Part shown: in pieces, positions 1 through 8,933 of the stretch
Position numbering within the stretch: position 1 is the first letter of the stretch
Layout: every line of letters starts with the position of its first letter
Assembly (NCBI GenBank): GCA_016196755.1
Contig: JACPXC010000005.1
Location: 37,516-101,515, forward strand
Length of the DNA stretch: 64,000 nt
Direction of reading: 5' to 3'
Origin: Elusimicrobiota bacterium
GTDB taxonomy: Bacteria > Elusimicrobiota > Elusimicrobia > UBA1565
Made by a program: the position numbers and the translations under genes
Notes under the pieces: generated by a model
Seen by the model: only the letters and a program-made list of their open reading frames with translations
Databases searched by the model: none
What the model was told of the DNA's origin: nothing

Positions 1-540
1 CCGGCGCTTGCGGCGCTCCGGCACGTCCGCGTTCAGATACGCCGCTTCGTCCTCGGCGCGCGCCGCGCGCAGGCGCTCCGGGAGGCCCGACATCTTCTTT
101 ATGGAGCGCTTGTAGGCGGGGAACGGGCCGGCGTTCTCTCCGAACTCCGCCACTTCTTTGACGTGGAGTCGGCCCTGCCTGAGCATCTCCGCGTAAGCCG
201 CCCGGGCGCCGGAGAGGATGGCCTCGCTCGACGCTATCTCGGCGTCGATGAGCCGGGTCAACTCCGCCCGTTCCGAGAGCAGGGCGTCGAAGTCCGTGCG
301 GGTCGTGTAGCCGGCCCTGAGACGGCCGAGGCCCTCGAGGCGTGCCGCGGCCGGGGCCTCCAGTCCGTCGAGTTGGGCGATCAGGCGGTCGAGCCTCTCC
401 ATCTCCGGAGGCTTCTGGGAGCCGTGCGGAGGACGGCGGAGCCCGCGACCGAAGCCCTCCGGGGGAGGCTCTTGCCCCAGCGCGCCCTGTCCGAGCAGGA
501 GCAAGAGGACGGCCAGCGCGGCGCAACGGCGGGGGGGCAT
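1..540 (-). CDS. Hypothetical secreted protein, 5' part only; gene continues past the left edge of the window
   Basis: Reverse-strand ORF starts at ATG (complement of 538-540): MPPRRCAALAVLLLLLGQGALG, a signal-peptide-like N-terminus. GC3-rich codons. No stop before the window edge. Missing from the ORF table because it is open-ended. Confidence 0.5.
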   Translation of the reverse strand, partial: MPPRRCAALAVLLLLLGQGALGQEPPPEGFGRGLRRPPHGSQKPPEMERLDRLIAQLDGLEAPAAARLEGLGRLRAGYTTRTDFDALLSERAELTRLIDAEIASSEAILSGARAAYAEMLRQGRLHVKEVAEFGENAGPFPAYKRSIKKMSGLPERLRAARAEDEAAYLNADVPERRKRR

Positions 541-603
541 GCTGTCGGAAGTGTAGGCGAGGCCCCGGCTCCCGTCAAGCGCCGGACTTGATAGACTCCC
601 GTC

Positions 604-1608
604 GTGGAGAGCCTCCTCGGCGTCCTGCTCGGCACGGCCGTCGGCGACGCCCTGGGCCTGCCGGCCGAAGGGATGAGCGCGCCCGCCGTGAAGCGCCGCT
701 TCGGCCGTCTGGACCGCTACCGGCTCCTCGGCGCCATCGGCTTCGTCTCGGACGACACCGAGCAGTCGGCCTTGGTCGCCCAGGCGCTCTGCGCCCACCA
801 TGCCGACCCCGCGGCCTGCGCGGCGGCCTTCCGGCGCTCGCTGGTAGGCTGGTTCTGGCGTCTGCCTTGGGGCGTTGGGCTGGCCACCCTGAGAGCCTGC
901 CTCAAAGGCACCTGCGGCCTGAGTTCCACCGGGGTGCGCTCGGCCGGCAACGGGGCGGCGATGCGTGCGGCGGTGGCCGGGGTGTTCCACCGCGAGGACG
1001 CGGCGCTCCGGCGGTCGTTCTCGGAAGCGGTGGCCCGGGTCACGCACACCGACCCGCGCGCCGTCCAAGCCGCCGTGTTCGTCGCCGAGGCGGCGGCGCT
1101 GGCCGCGGTCGGCGGGTCCGGGGCCGACCGCTCCGCGCTCATCGGCGCGGCGGCGAGGACCGTCGACGAGCCCGAGCTGGCCGGGGCCATCGCTCGGGCG
1201 TTGACTCTGGCCGGAGCCGGGGCGTCGACCGAGACGGCGGCCGAGGCCTTGGGCACGACGGGCTACTCCGTGCACACGGCGGCTTTCGCGGCTTTTCAGT
1301 TCGTCCGGCACGGCGGGAACGCGCGCGAGTGCCTCGTCCTCACGGCCTCGGCAGGCGGAGACTCCGACAGCATCGGGGCGATCGTGGGCGGCTGGCTAGG
1401 GGCTCTTCACGGATCGAAGGGCCTGCCTAATGAATTAGTGGACGGATTGGCCGGGGGGCCGTTCGGCCGAGGGCATCTCGAGGGCCTTGCGGCGGCGTTG
1501 GCGGAGGGAGGCCCGGCCCCCCGCTACTTCTGGCCGCTGGCGATGGCCCGCAACCTGCTGCTCATCGGCGTCATCCTCGCCCACGGCTTGCGCCGGCTCT
1601 TTCCGTAG
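604..1608 (+). CDS. ADP-ribosylglycohydrolase family protein (DraG/ARH-like)
   Basis: Family motifs GDALGLPAEG, SDDTEQS, GNGAAMR, GGDSDSIGAIVGG. GTG start at 604. Confidence 0.85.
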   Translation: MESLLGVLLGTAVGDALGLPAEGMSAPAVKRRFGRLDRYRLLGAIGFVSDDTEQSALVAQALCAHHADPAACAAAFRRSLVGWFWRLPWGVGLATLRACLKGTCGLSSTGVRSAGNGAAMRAAVAGVFHREDAALRRSFSEAVARVTHTDPRAVQAAVFVAEAAALAAVGGSGADRSALIGAAARTVDEPELAGAIARALTLAGAGASTETAAEALGTTGYSVHTAAFAAFQFVRHGGNARECLVLTASAGGDSDSIGAIVGGWLGALHGSKGLPNELVDGLAGGPFGRGHLEGLAAALAEGGPAPRYFWPLAMARNLLLIGVILAHGLRRLFP

Positions 1609-1653
1609 GGAAGCCCGGAGCGTAGGTCCGCCCCGCGTTTCGTACAATGCGGC

Positions 1654-3009
1654 ATGCTGAACCAAAAGAAGCTGGTCGACCTGTGCCGCCGCGGCGCCGT
1701 GGACACCGTCGTCATGGTCTTCCCCGACATGCTGGGCCGCCTGCTCGGCAAGCGCGTCACCGGCCGCTTCTTCGCCGACGAGGCCGCCTCGCACGGCACG
1801 CATGCCTGCGCCTATCTCCTGACCGTCGACATGGAGATGGAGCCGGTCCAGGGCTTCGAGCTGACCAGCTGGGACAAGGGCTACGGCGACTTCCGTCTGG
1901 TGCCCGACTACTCCACGGCCCGGCTCACGCCCTGGCTCGAGAAGACCGCCATGGTGCTCTGCGACCTGGCCCTCGAGGACGGCGGGCCGGTGGAGGTCTC
2001 CCCGCGCGAGATCCTCAAGCGCCAGGTCGCGCGCGCCGCGGCCAAAGGCTTCAAGTTTCTGGTCGGCTCCGAGCTCGAGCTCTACCTTTATAAGGACGAC
2101 TACGAGGCGGCGCGTACCAAGGGCTACCACGGCCTCTCCCCTGTCGGCGGCTACATCGAGGACTACCACATCCTCCAAGGCACGAAGGAGGAGTTCGTCG
2201 TGCGGGAGATCCGCAACCAGCTCGAGGCGGCGGGCGTGCCCATCGAGGGCTCCAAGGGCGAGTGGGGCCACGGCCAGCAAGAGATCAACATGCGCCACGG
2301 CGACCCGCTCCTCACCGCGGACCGCCACGCCATCCTCAAGCACGGGGTCAAGGAGATCGCCATCCAGAAGGGCGTCTCGGCCACCTTCATGGCCAAGCCC
2401 AGCGCCGCGCAGGCCGGCTCGAGCTGTCACCTCCACGCCAGCCTGTGGGACAAGGGCCTGCGCAAGAACCAGTTCTGGGACGAGCGCGCGCACAAGCCCT
2501 CGAAGACGTTCGATGCCGCCCTGGCGGGCTCGCTGGCTCTGGCGCGCGACTTCTCGCTGTTCTACGCTCCCACCGTCAACTCCTATAAGCGCTACGTGGC
2601 CTCGTCGTTCGCGCCCACGCGCCTCGCCTGGGGACGCGACAACCGTACCTGCGGCTTCCGCGTGGTGGGGGAGGGCGGGAGCTTCCGGCTCGAGAACCGC
2701 GTGCCGGGGGCCGACGCCAACCCGTATCTGGCCTTCGCTGCCACCATCGCGGCCTTCCTGCACGGCATCGAGAAGGGACTCAAGGCGCCTGGCGAGTTCA
2801 AGGGCGACGCCTACCATTCCAAGAGCCTGGGCGAGGTGCCCAAGTCGATGAGCGAGGCCGCGCGCTGCTGGGAGGCCTCGGCGGCGGCCAAGGCGGCCTT
2901 CGGCGAAGCCGTCCACAAGCATTATCTGCGCGCCGCGCGCTGGGAACTCGAGACCTTCGAGCGCGCCGTCACCTGCTGGGAGCTCAACCGCTACTTCGAG
3001 AGGATCTGA
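1654..3009 (+). CDS. Glutamine synthetase family protein (type I-like; gamma-glutamyl-amine synthetase candidate)
   Basis: GS catalytic-domain pattern (VGSELELYLY, KPSAAQAGSSCHLHASLWD, NRVPGADANPYLA). 451 aa. Confidence 0.8.
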   Translation: MLNQKKLVDLCRRGAVDTVVMVFPDMLGRLLGKRVTGRFFADEAASHGTHACAYLLTVDMEMEPVQGFELTSWDKGYGDFRLVPDYSTARLTPWLEKTAMVLCDLALEDGGPVEVSPREILKRQVARAAAKGFKFLVGSELELYLYKDDYEAARTKGYHGLSPVGGYIEDYHILQGTKEEFVVREIRNQLEAAGVPIEGSKGEWGHGQQEINMRHGDPLLTADRHAILKHGVKEIAIQKGVSATFMAKPSAAQAGSSCHLHASLWDKGLRKNQFWDERAHKPSKTFDAALAGSLALARDFSLFYAPTVNSYKRYVASSFAPTRLAWGRDNRTCGFRVVGEGGSFRLENRVPGADANPYLAFAATIAAFLHGIEKGLKAPGEFKGDAYHSKSLGEVPKSMSEAARCWEASAAAKAAFGEAVHKHYLRAARWELETFERAVTCWELNRYFERI

Positions 3010-4139
3010 TGCCCGTCATCCTGCACCGCTACAATTTCCCCACCGAGGTCTGGTTCGGCGCCGGCGCGCGCGGCCTCCTGCCCGACAAGCTCAAGGAGGC
3101 CGGGGTCCGGCGGCCCCTGCTCGTCAGCGACAAGGGCGTGTCGCGCCAGCCGTTCTTCGACGACATACGCCGGCTCTGCGGCGCGGCGGCGGTTTACGCC
3201 GAGATCTCGGGGAACCCCGTCGAGTCGCACGCCCGCGGGGCGCTGGAGGCCTACGACGACGGCGCCTGCGACGGCATCGTGGCGGTGGGCGGCGGCGCGG
3301 CCATCGACGTGGCCAAGGCCGTAGCCGTGATGACCGGCCACAAGGGCCGGCTCTTCTCCTACGCCGAGGGCGTGCCGGGCCAGAAGCCCATCTCGGGCAA
3401 GGTCCCTCCGATCCTCGCCCTGCCGACGACGGCCGGTACCGGCAGCGAGGTGGGCCGCTCGACGGTCATCTCCGAGGACGACTCCCACGTCAAGCGCATC
3501 ATCTTCAGCCCCAAGCTCATGCCGCGCGCGGCCCTGCTCGACCCCGAGCTGACCCTGGGCCTGCCCGGCCCGGTGACGGCGGCCACGGGCATGGACGCGG
3601 TGACCCACCTCATCGAGTCGTACATCACGGCCGGCGACTACAACCCGCTCTGCGACGGCGTGGCGCTCGAGGGCCTGCGCCTGGCGGCCAAGAGCCTCAA
3701 GCGCTGCGTGACCCACCCCGGAGACGTCTCCGCGCGCGGCGACATGATGAACGCGGCGCTCATGGGTGCGACGGCGTTCCAGAAAGGGCTCGGGGCCACG
3801 CATTCCTGCGCCCACGCGCTCTCGACGGTCACCGACATGCACCACGGACTGGGCAACGGCATCATGATCCCCACCGTGATGGCCTTCAACCGTTCGGTGT
3901 GCCGCCCGCGCTTCAAGATCCTGGAGGCTACCGTGGGCGCCCGCGACCTGGTGGCCTGGCTGCGCGCGCTCAACAAGGCGGTGGGCATCCCGGCCACGCT
4001 TGCGGCCGCCGGCGTGAAGAAGGAGGCTCTGCCGAAGCTGGTGGCCGCCGCCTTGGCCGATCCCTGCCACCAGCTCAACCCGCGCCCGGTCCGCCGCAAG
4101 GACTTCGAGCGCCTGTTCGCGAAGGCCTGGGCGGGATGA
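3009..4139 (+). CDS. Iron-containing alcohol dehydrogenase
   Basis: Fe-ADH motifs (GGGAAIDVAKAVA, PTTAGTGSE, metal-binding His cluster HSCAHALS..HHGLGNG). Start overlaps the GS stop (TGATG). Confidence 0.85.
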   Translation: MPVILHRYNFPTEVWFGAGARGLLPDKLKEAGVRRPLLVSDKGVSRQPFFDDIRRLCGAAAVYAEISGNPVESHARGALEAYDDGACDGIVAVGGGAAIDVAKAVAVMTGHKGRLFSYAEGVPGQKPISGKVPPILALPTTAGTGSEVGRSTVISEDDSHVKRIIFSPKLMPRAALLDPELTLGLPGPVTAATGMDAVTHLIESYITAGDYNPLCDGVALEGLRLAAKSLKRCVTHPGDVSARGDMMNAALMGATAFQKGLGATHSCAHALSTVTDMHHGLGNGIMIPTVMAFNRSVCRPRFKILEATVGARDLVAWLRALNKAVGIPATLAAAGVKKEALPKLVAAALADPCHQLNPRPVRRKDFERLFAKAWAG

Positions 4140-5500
4140 AGCTCCGCGGTCCGGCCGACGGGCGCGTGCTGACCGCCCTCGACGAGGACTCTCCCGCCGA
4201 GGTCCGGGCCAAGGCCGCCGCCGCGCGCCGCGGCCAGGCGCGCTGGGCCGCCGTCCCCCTCGCGCGCCGCAAGGCGGCCCTGGCCCGCTTCGCCGCGCTG
4301 GTTGCCGAGGACCGTGAGCTCCTGGCCGCGGTGCTGACCCGCGAGACCGGCAAGCCGCTGAGCCAGTCGCTGGGCGAGCTCAACGCCCTGGGCGGGCGCC
4401 TGAGATTCTTCCTCGACCATGCCGCCGCCGCCCTGCGCATCGAGCGGGTGCGGGACGCGGGAGGGACCTTCGAGGAGATCTCCCACGAGCCGCTGGGCGT
4501 GGTCGCCAACATCTCGGCCTGGAACTATCCGTGGTTCGTCGGCACGAACGTCTTCGTCCCGGCCCTTCTGATGGGCAACGCGGTGCTCTACAAGCCCTCG
4601 GAGCACGCCGCGCTGACCGGCCTGGCGATAGCGCTCCTTCTCTGGAAGGCCGGCGTGCCGCGCGACGCCTTCATCCCCGTCATCGGCGCCGGCAAGACCG
4701 GGGCGGCCCTGCTCGAGGCGGACGTCGACGCGGTGTTCTTCACGGGGTCGCATGCCACCGGGCTGCGCGTCGCCGCGGCGGCGGCGCGGCGCCTCATCAA
4801 GGTCCAGCTCGAGCTGGGAGGCAAGGACCCAGCCTACGCGGCCGCCGACGCCGCCCCGGCCAAGGCCGGCGCGGCGCTGGCCGAGGGGGCCTTCTACAAC
4901 AACGGCCAGAGCTGCTGCGCGGTGGAGCGCATCTACGTCCACGCGCGCATCTACGACCGGTTCATCGCCGCGTTCCTCGCGGCGGTGAAAGGCTACGCGC
5001 TGGGCGACCCGATGGACAAGGGGACGTTCCTCGGCCCTTTGGCGCGCGAGGAGCAGTTGACGGTGTTGGCGGCCCAGGTGAAAGACGCCCGCCGCAAAGG
5101 GGCGCGCCTGCTCTTGGGAGGCGGGCGCCTGGCGCGGCCGGGCTACTGGTTCGCGCCGACCGTGCTCGACCGCTGCGACCACTCCATGTCGGTCATGCGC
5201 GAGGAGTCGTTCGGGCCGGTCATAGGGATCATGAAGGTCTCCTCGGACGAGGAAGCCGTGCGTCTCATGAACGACACCGAGTACGGCCTGACGGCCGCGG
5301 TCTACTCCAAGAGCCGGGAGCGCGCGCGGCGCATCCTGTCGCGGGTCGACTCAGGCTCGGCCTATTGGAACTGCTGCGACCGCGTCAGCCCCTACCTCCC
5401 GTGGTCGGGACGGCGTCATAGCGGGCTGGGGCTGACGCTCTCGAAGGCGGGGATAACGGCCTTCCTCAGGCCGAAGGCCTGGCATCTGCGGCCCGGCTGA
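4136..5500 (+). CDS. Aldehyde dehydrogenase family protein
   Basis: ALDH motifs ELGGKDP, NNGQSCCAVER, EESFGPV. ATGA overlap with the upstream ADH stop, so probable start is MKLRGPADG at 4136. Confidence 0.85.
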   Translation: MKLRGPADGRVLTALDEDSPAEVRAKAAAARRGQARWAAVPLARRKAALARFAALVAEDRELLAAVLTRETGKPLSQSLGELNALGGRLRFFLDHAAAALRIERVRDAGGTFEEISHEPLGVVANISAWNYPWFVGTNVFVPALLMGNAVLYKPSEHAALTGLAIALLLWKAGVPRDAFIPVIGAGKTGAALLEADVDAVFFTGSHATGLRVAAAAARRLIKVQLELGGKDPAYAAADAAPAKAGAALAEGAFYNNGQSCCAVERIYVHARIYDRFIAAFLAAVKGYALGDPMDKGTFLGPLAREEQLTVLAAQVKDARRKGARLLLGGGRLARPGYWFAPTVLDRCDHSMSVMREESFGPVIGIMKVSSDEEAVRLMNDTEYGLTAAVYSKSRERARRILSRVDSGSAYWNCCDRVSPYLPWSGRRHSGLGLTLSKAGITAFLRPKAWHLRPG

Positions 5501-5665
5501 CGCGCGCTTCCTGGCGGCGCTGATGGCGCAGGCAGTAGCAGACTAGGCAGTCGCAGTGGTTCGGGTGGAATACGAACGGCGGGATGTCGTGCTCGGACAC
5601 AAGGTTCCCCTGGGATCAGGCGGTCCTCGGCGCGACGTCCATTTTATCATAGCCCCGCGGCGCGC

Positions 5666-6478
5666 TCACCACTCCTTGACGCGCTCCTTCGATTTGAGCT
5701 TAAGGTAGCGCCATAGGTCTTCCAGGTCCCTGTCGCTCAGGGTCTCATGGTCGGGCATCTGCCCGAAGCGGAACGCGGAGGGCTTCTTGATATAGGCCTT
5801 GAGCTGGTCCTTGGGCCGATAGTCGGCCACGCTCTGGGGCGAGTTGAGGTCCGGTCCGAGCTTCCCGCCTTCCAGGTCGATGGAGTGGCATTTGACGCAG
5901 TGGGTCTTGAACAGCGCGTAGCCGCGGGCTTCGGGCGAGTCCTTCGCGGCGCTCCGCGGGGCGAGGTGCGGGTAGAGGTCCTCTAGACGGGCCAGGTCCA
6001 GGGCCACGACCTGCCAGGGCCAGGCGTAGCCCTTGTCCGGGGTCTTCCCGGCCTCCCAGACGAGCGTGAAGGGACCTGGATCGATCGCACGCTTGCCGAC
6101 CGGTTCCCAGGCCGGGGCCTTGTCGTGGTCACGGAAGGCCAGCCAAGCCCCGCCCGCGGCGAGCTTCGACACCGCCACGTGGGCCTGGTAGCCGTCCGAC
6201 GCTATGAAGGTGACCTCGCCGTCGGTCACTTCCCGCCAGCCCTTTCCGTAGAGCGCGTCGAGCAAGGTCGCGGCCGGGAAGGCCTCGTAGGCCTTCGTCT
6301 TCCCGTCGAGGAACGGGTTGGGGACCATGACGCGGCTCGTGGCGACGCGGACCGAGAGTTCCGCCACTGTGCCCGAGGCCACCGGCAGACCCTTGGCGCG
6401 CGCCTCGAGGGCGGGAGCGGCGTCCGAAGGCGCGGCGAGAAGCAGGAGCAGCGTGATCATGGTCATGGTGGACGGCAT
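5666..6478 (-). CDS. Secreted monoheme c-type cytochrome domain protein
   Basis: Signal peptide, CVKCHS (CXXCH) heme-binding motif and a distal Met in the C-terminal domain. N-terminal ~200 aa of unknown function. Confidence 0.7.
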   Translation of the reverse strand: MPSTMTMITLLLLLAAPSDAAPALEARAKGLPVASGTVAELSVRVATSRVMVPNPFLDGKTKAYEAFPAATLLDALYGKGWREVTDGEVTFIASDGYQAHVAVSKLAAGGAWLAFRDHDKAPAWEPVGKRAIDPGPFTLVWEAGKTPDKGYAWPWQVVALDLARLEDLYPHLAPRSAAKDSPEARGYALFKTHCVKCHSIDLEGGKLGPDLNSPQSVADYRPKDQLKAYIKKPSAFRFGQMPDHETLSDRDLEDLWRYLKLKSKERVKEW

Positions 6479-6495
6479 AGAGATATCATCTTCGC

Positions 6496-6912
6496 ATGGA
6501 CAACGACAAGGCGCGGCAGGTCACCTTCTTCCTCCTTCGAATCGTCTCGGGACTGCTGTTTCTGCAGGCCGGCGGGATGAAGATGCTCGACTGGTTCGGC
6601 GGGATCCCCGCCGCTCACGGCGGCCACCCGGCATTCATGTCGCAGATCTGGATCGGCGGCGCCTTGGAGCTCTACGGCGGGGCAGCCATCCTGCTCGGGC
6701 TCTTCACCCGCCCGGTCGCCTTCATTCTCTCGGGTATGATGGCGGTGGCCTATTTCCAGTTCCACCAGCCCAACGGCTTCTGGCCGGCCCAGAACCACGG
6801 GGAGCCGGCCGTGCTGTTCTGCTTCATCTTCCTGTTCTTTGCCGCGCACGGCGGCGGGGAGTGGAGCGTCGACGGCCTGCGGGCCAAGAGGCAGCTGACC
6901 CTTCCGTCCTAG
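6496..6912 (+). CDS. doxX: DoxX family membrane protein
   Basis: Four predicted TM helices with the typical DoxX sequence pattern (RIVSGLLFLQAGGMKM). Confidence 0.8.
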   Translation: MDNDKARQVTFFLLRIVSGLLFLQAGGMKMLDWFGGIPAAHGGHPAFMSQIWIGGALELYGGAAILLGLFTRPVAFILSGMMAVAYFQFHQPNGFWPAQNHGEPAVLFCFIFLFFAAHGGGEWSVDGLRAKRQLTLPS

Positions 6913-6919
6913 ACGCTAG

Positions 6920-6945
6920 GGAACCTTTTTGGGGGTTCCAGCGTA
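6920..6945 (+). terminator. Weak hairpin after doxX (GGAACC-loop-GGTTCC)
   Basis: 6-bp stem. The T-run sits in the loop, not after the stem. Followed by AT-rich tatatat. Confidence 0.25.
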
Positions 6946-6986
6946 TATATGGGTGCGTGGCGGTTCCGCCAAGCGGAGGCTATACT

Positions 6987-7214
6987 ATGCTTGTGAGAGC
7001 GTGGACGAGAATCAGCTTCGACCCTGTCGTGATGGGCGGTCAAGCCTGCATCCGGGGGCTTCGCATCCCTGTGGCGACGATCGTTAAGCTTGCGGCTTCC
7101 GGCAGGAGCACGGAGAAGATCCTGGAGAATTATTCGGACCTTGAAGCCGAAGACGTGGCGGAAGCTCTCCGTTACGCCGCCGCGCTCGCCGAAGAGCGGT
7201 TGCTCGGGGGCTGA
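6987..7214 (+). CDS. DUF433-family protein (antitoxin-like partner of DUF5615)
   Basis: 75-aa small protein with the DUF433 signature region (ISFDPVVMGGQACIRGLRIPVATIV). Its usual DUF5615 partner gene lies immediately downstream. Confidence 0.7.
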   Translation: MLVRAWTRISFDPVVMGGQACIRGLRIPVATIVKLAASGRSTEKILENYSDLEAEDVAEALRYAAALAEERLLGG

Positions 7215-7440
7215 CCCCGGAGCGCCTCTTCTTCGACATGCCGCTCTCGATGCGGACGGTGGAAGCCTGCCGCCGTATCGGACATGACGTCGTCCACGCC
7301 GCCGAACGCGGCTTTCAGCGGGTCCCGGACGAAATGCTGTTTCTCACGGCGTTGGATGAACGGCGCGTCTTGGTGACGATGGATCTAGGCTTCGGACGCA
7401 TGCTCAGCTTGGCCGGTGAGAAAGGCCCATCGGTCGCGGC
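7211..7440 (+). pseudogene. DUF5615-family (PIN-like toxin) gene, 3'-truncated
   Basis: N-terminal region aligns to DUF5615 (LFFDMPLSMRTVEACRRIGHDV ... RVLVTMDLGFGRML ... GEKGPSV). The reading frame then runs into the duplicated doxX 3' fragment and turns to junk. Only ATG (7238) or CTG (7211, CTGA overlap) are available as starts. Confidence 0.5.
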
Positions 7441-7578
7441 TTCTGGCCGATCCAGATCCACGGCGAGCCGACCGTGCTGCTCCGCTTCTTCTTCCTGCTC
7501 TTCGCGGCGCACGGCGGCGGGGAGTGGAGCCACGACGGTCTGCGCGCCAAGCTGAAAAACAGCCTCCGCGTGCTCTAA
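7438..7578 (+). pseudogene. Duplicated 3' fragment of doxX (~88% nt identity to 6778-6912)
   Basis: Direct nucleotide repeat. It translates to FWPIQIHGEPTVLLRFFFLLFAAHGGGEWSHDGLRAK, matching the doxX C-terminus FWPAQNHGEPAVLFCFIFLFFAAHGGGEWSVDGLRAK. Confidence 0.6.
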
Positions 7579-7579
7579 T

Positions 7580-8332
7580 TTAGGGACGCTTCGTGTCTGC
7601 GCCACCAATACGAGCGCGTAGCGCTCGATATTCTTCGCTGTTGATGATCCCCTTGATATGAGCGGCGAGGATGGTTAGAACTTCCCCGGCGGGTTTTGTG
7701 CCCGCATCCATTTTCAACGGCAACGTCGGATGAAGATATATCGGGGTCAACCGCGTCTCTTTGGTTACAGGGTCGGCTGGTTCCGCAAGGAACGTCGCTC
7801 CAAGAGCCGGCACATCGATGATGGAAAAGGAGTCCATCGGTATTTTGAGCGACTCTGCTCTATTTTTTCTTGCGGAATAGATCTTGTTCGCCAGCCCTTC
7901 TCCAGAACTGAAGGAAGCACCGAGTTCATCGAACGCCCACTTCCCGTCCTTTTTGAAGAGTATGACTCCAGCAAGGACAACTCCCTGGAAAGTGACCGGA
8001 TAAATTTTCGATTGCTGATCTGGATTCAGCAAATCCTTCAACTCGTCCTTCTGGTCGTATTGAATCAGCTTGTCCGAGTTGATGTAACCTCGTTTTATTG
8101 GTGCATCTAGTGCAGCGGCATAAGGCAGCGTGTATTTCTGTTTTAGAACGGCGAGCCCCCGCCGGGCTTCCTCCAGCGAATCGTCCACGGCGGTTCCCGC
8201 GATGGGGCGTGGTTTTTCTTGATTTCTGTCAGGAGTGAGGAGCCTGGGAGCGGGGCCGGGCATATCCCATTCCACATTCTGCGCGCTAGCATAGGCCGAC
8301 CAAAACAAGAAGAAACCGATGAATATCCTCAT
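7580..8332 (-). CDS. Hypothetical secreted protein (low-GC gene, probably horizontally acquired)
   Basis: 250-aa ORF with signal peptide MRIFIGFFLFWSAYASA. Local GC ~50% against ~70% background, with A/T-ending codons. Confidence 0.6.
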   Translation of the reverse strand: MRIFIGFFLFWSAYASAQNVEWDMPGPAPRLLTPDRNQEKPRPIAGTAVDDSLEEARRGLAVLKQKYTLPYAAALDAPIKRGYINSDKLIQYDQKDELKDLLNPDQQSKIYPVTFQGVVLAGVILFKKDGKWAFDELGASFSSGEGLANKIYSARKNRAESLKIPMDSFSIIDVPALGATFLAEPADPVTKETRLTPIYLHPTLPLKMDAGTKPAGEVLTILAAHIKGIINSEEYRALRARIGGADTKRP

Positions 8333-8506
8333 ATGTGACCCTCATTTTTTCCATTATTTATTCAGCCCGCGCCTGAGCCCTACCAATGAAGACAGTATAG
8401 GCACGCCTCGGGTTGGGAGAAAGGGTCCGAAGACAGGGACCGGCCCACGCCATAGGGCCCAGCATCCGGCTTGATGTGAACCATTCGACGAGAGGGAAGC
8501 CTTCGA

Positions 8507-8540
8507 GCCCGCCCGCGCGCAGGCGCGCGGGCGGAGGCCA
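8507..8540 (-). terminator. GC-rich hairpin downstream of the ArsC-family gene
   Basis: Inverted repeat GCCCGCCCGCGCGC-aggc-GCGCGGGCGG. No T-tract. Confidence 0.3.
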
Positions 8541-8564
8541 AGTGGGTCTTCGTCGAGCCCGACG

Positions 8565-8927
8565 TCAGCGCCGAGGGACCAGCCTGTCCCAATCCGCCTC
8601 GATAAATCCCACCGCCCCGCCCGAGCCGGTCAGCAGGAACGGCCGCTTGACGAGGTTGCCGTTCTTGGAGAGCAGGGCCAGCGCCTCGGGTTCTTTCATC
8701 GTCGGGAGCTTGTCCTTCATCTTGAGCGCCTTGTAGTCGACGCCCGAGGTGTTGAAGAGCTTGCGCAGCTGTCCTTGATAGATGCCGAGCATGCGCTTGA
8801 GCTCGGGCAGGGTGGGCGGGGTCTCGCGGATGGGCATGATGACGGCCTCCGCCTTGCGCGCCGCCAACCACTTGAGCGCGTTGCGGCAGGTCCCGCAGCC
8901 GGAGTAGGAGTAGATTTTGATGGCCAT
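8565..8927 (-). CDS. ArsC/Spx-family protein (glutaredoxin-like arsenate reductase family, YffB-like)
   Basis: N-terminal MAIKIYSYSGCGTCRNALKWL redox motif at family-typical length. Confidence 0.75.
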   Translation of the reverse strand: MAIKIYSYSGCGTCRNALKWLAARKAEAVIMPIRETPPTLPELKRMLGIYQGQLRKLFNTSGVDYKALKMKDKLPTMKEPEALALLSKNGNLVKRPFLLTGSGGAVGFIEADWDRLVPRR

Positions 8928-8933
8928 CCGTAG

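Noticed and set aside
342-1430. 362-aa plus-strand ORF rich in Arg/Gly/Pro
   Set aside because: Wrong frame of the ADP-ribosylglycohydrolase gene region. The 604-1608 frame has clear family motifs.
5500-5643. 47-aa minus-strand ORF (VSEHDIPPFVFHPNHCDCLVCYCLRHQ...) with a Cys cluster
   Set aside because: It overlaps the ALDH 3' end and has no RBS. In a 70% GC genome a short GC3-rich ORF is expected by chance, so I treat it as speculative and only record it here.
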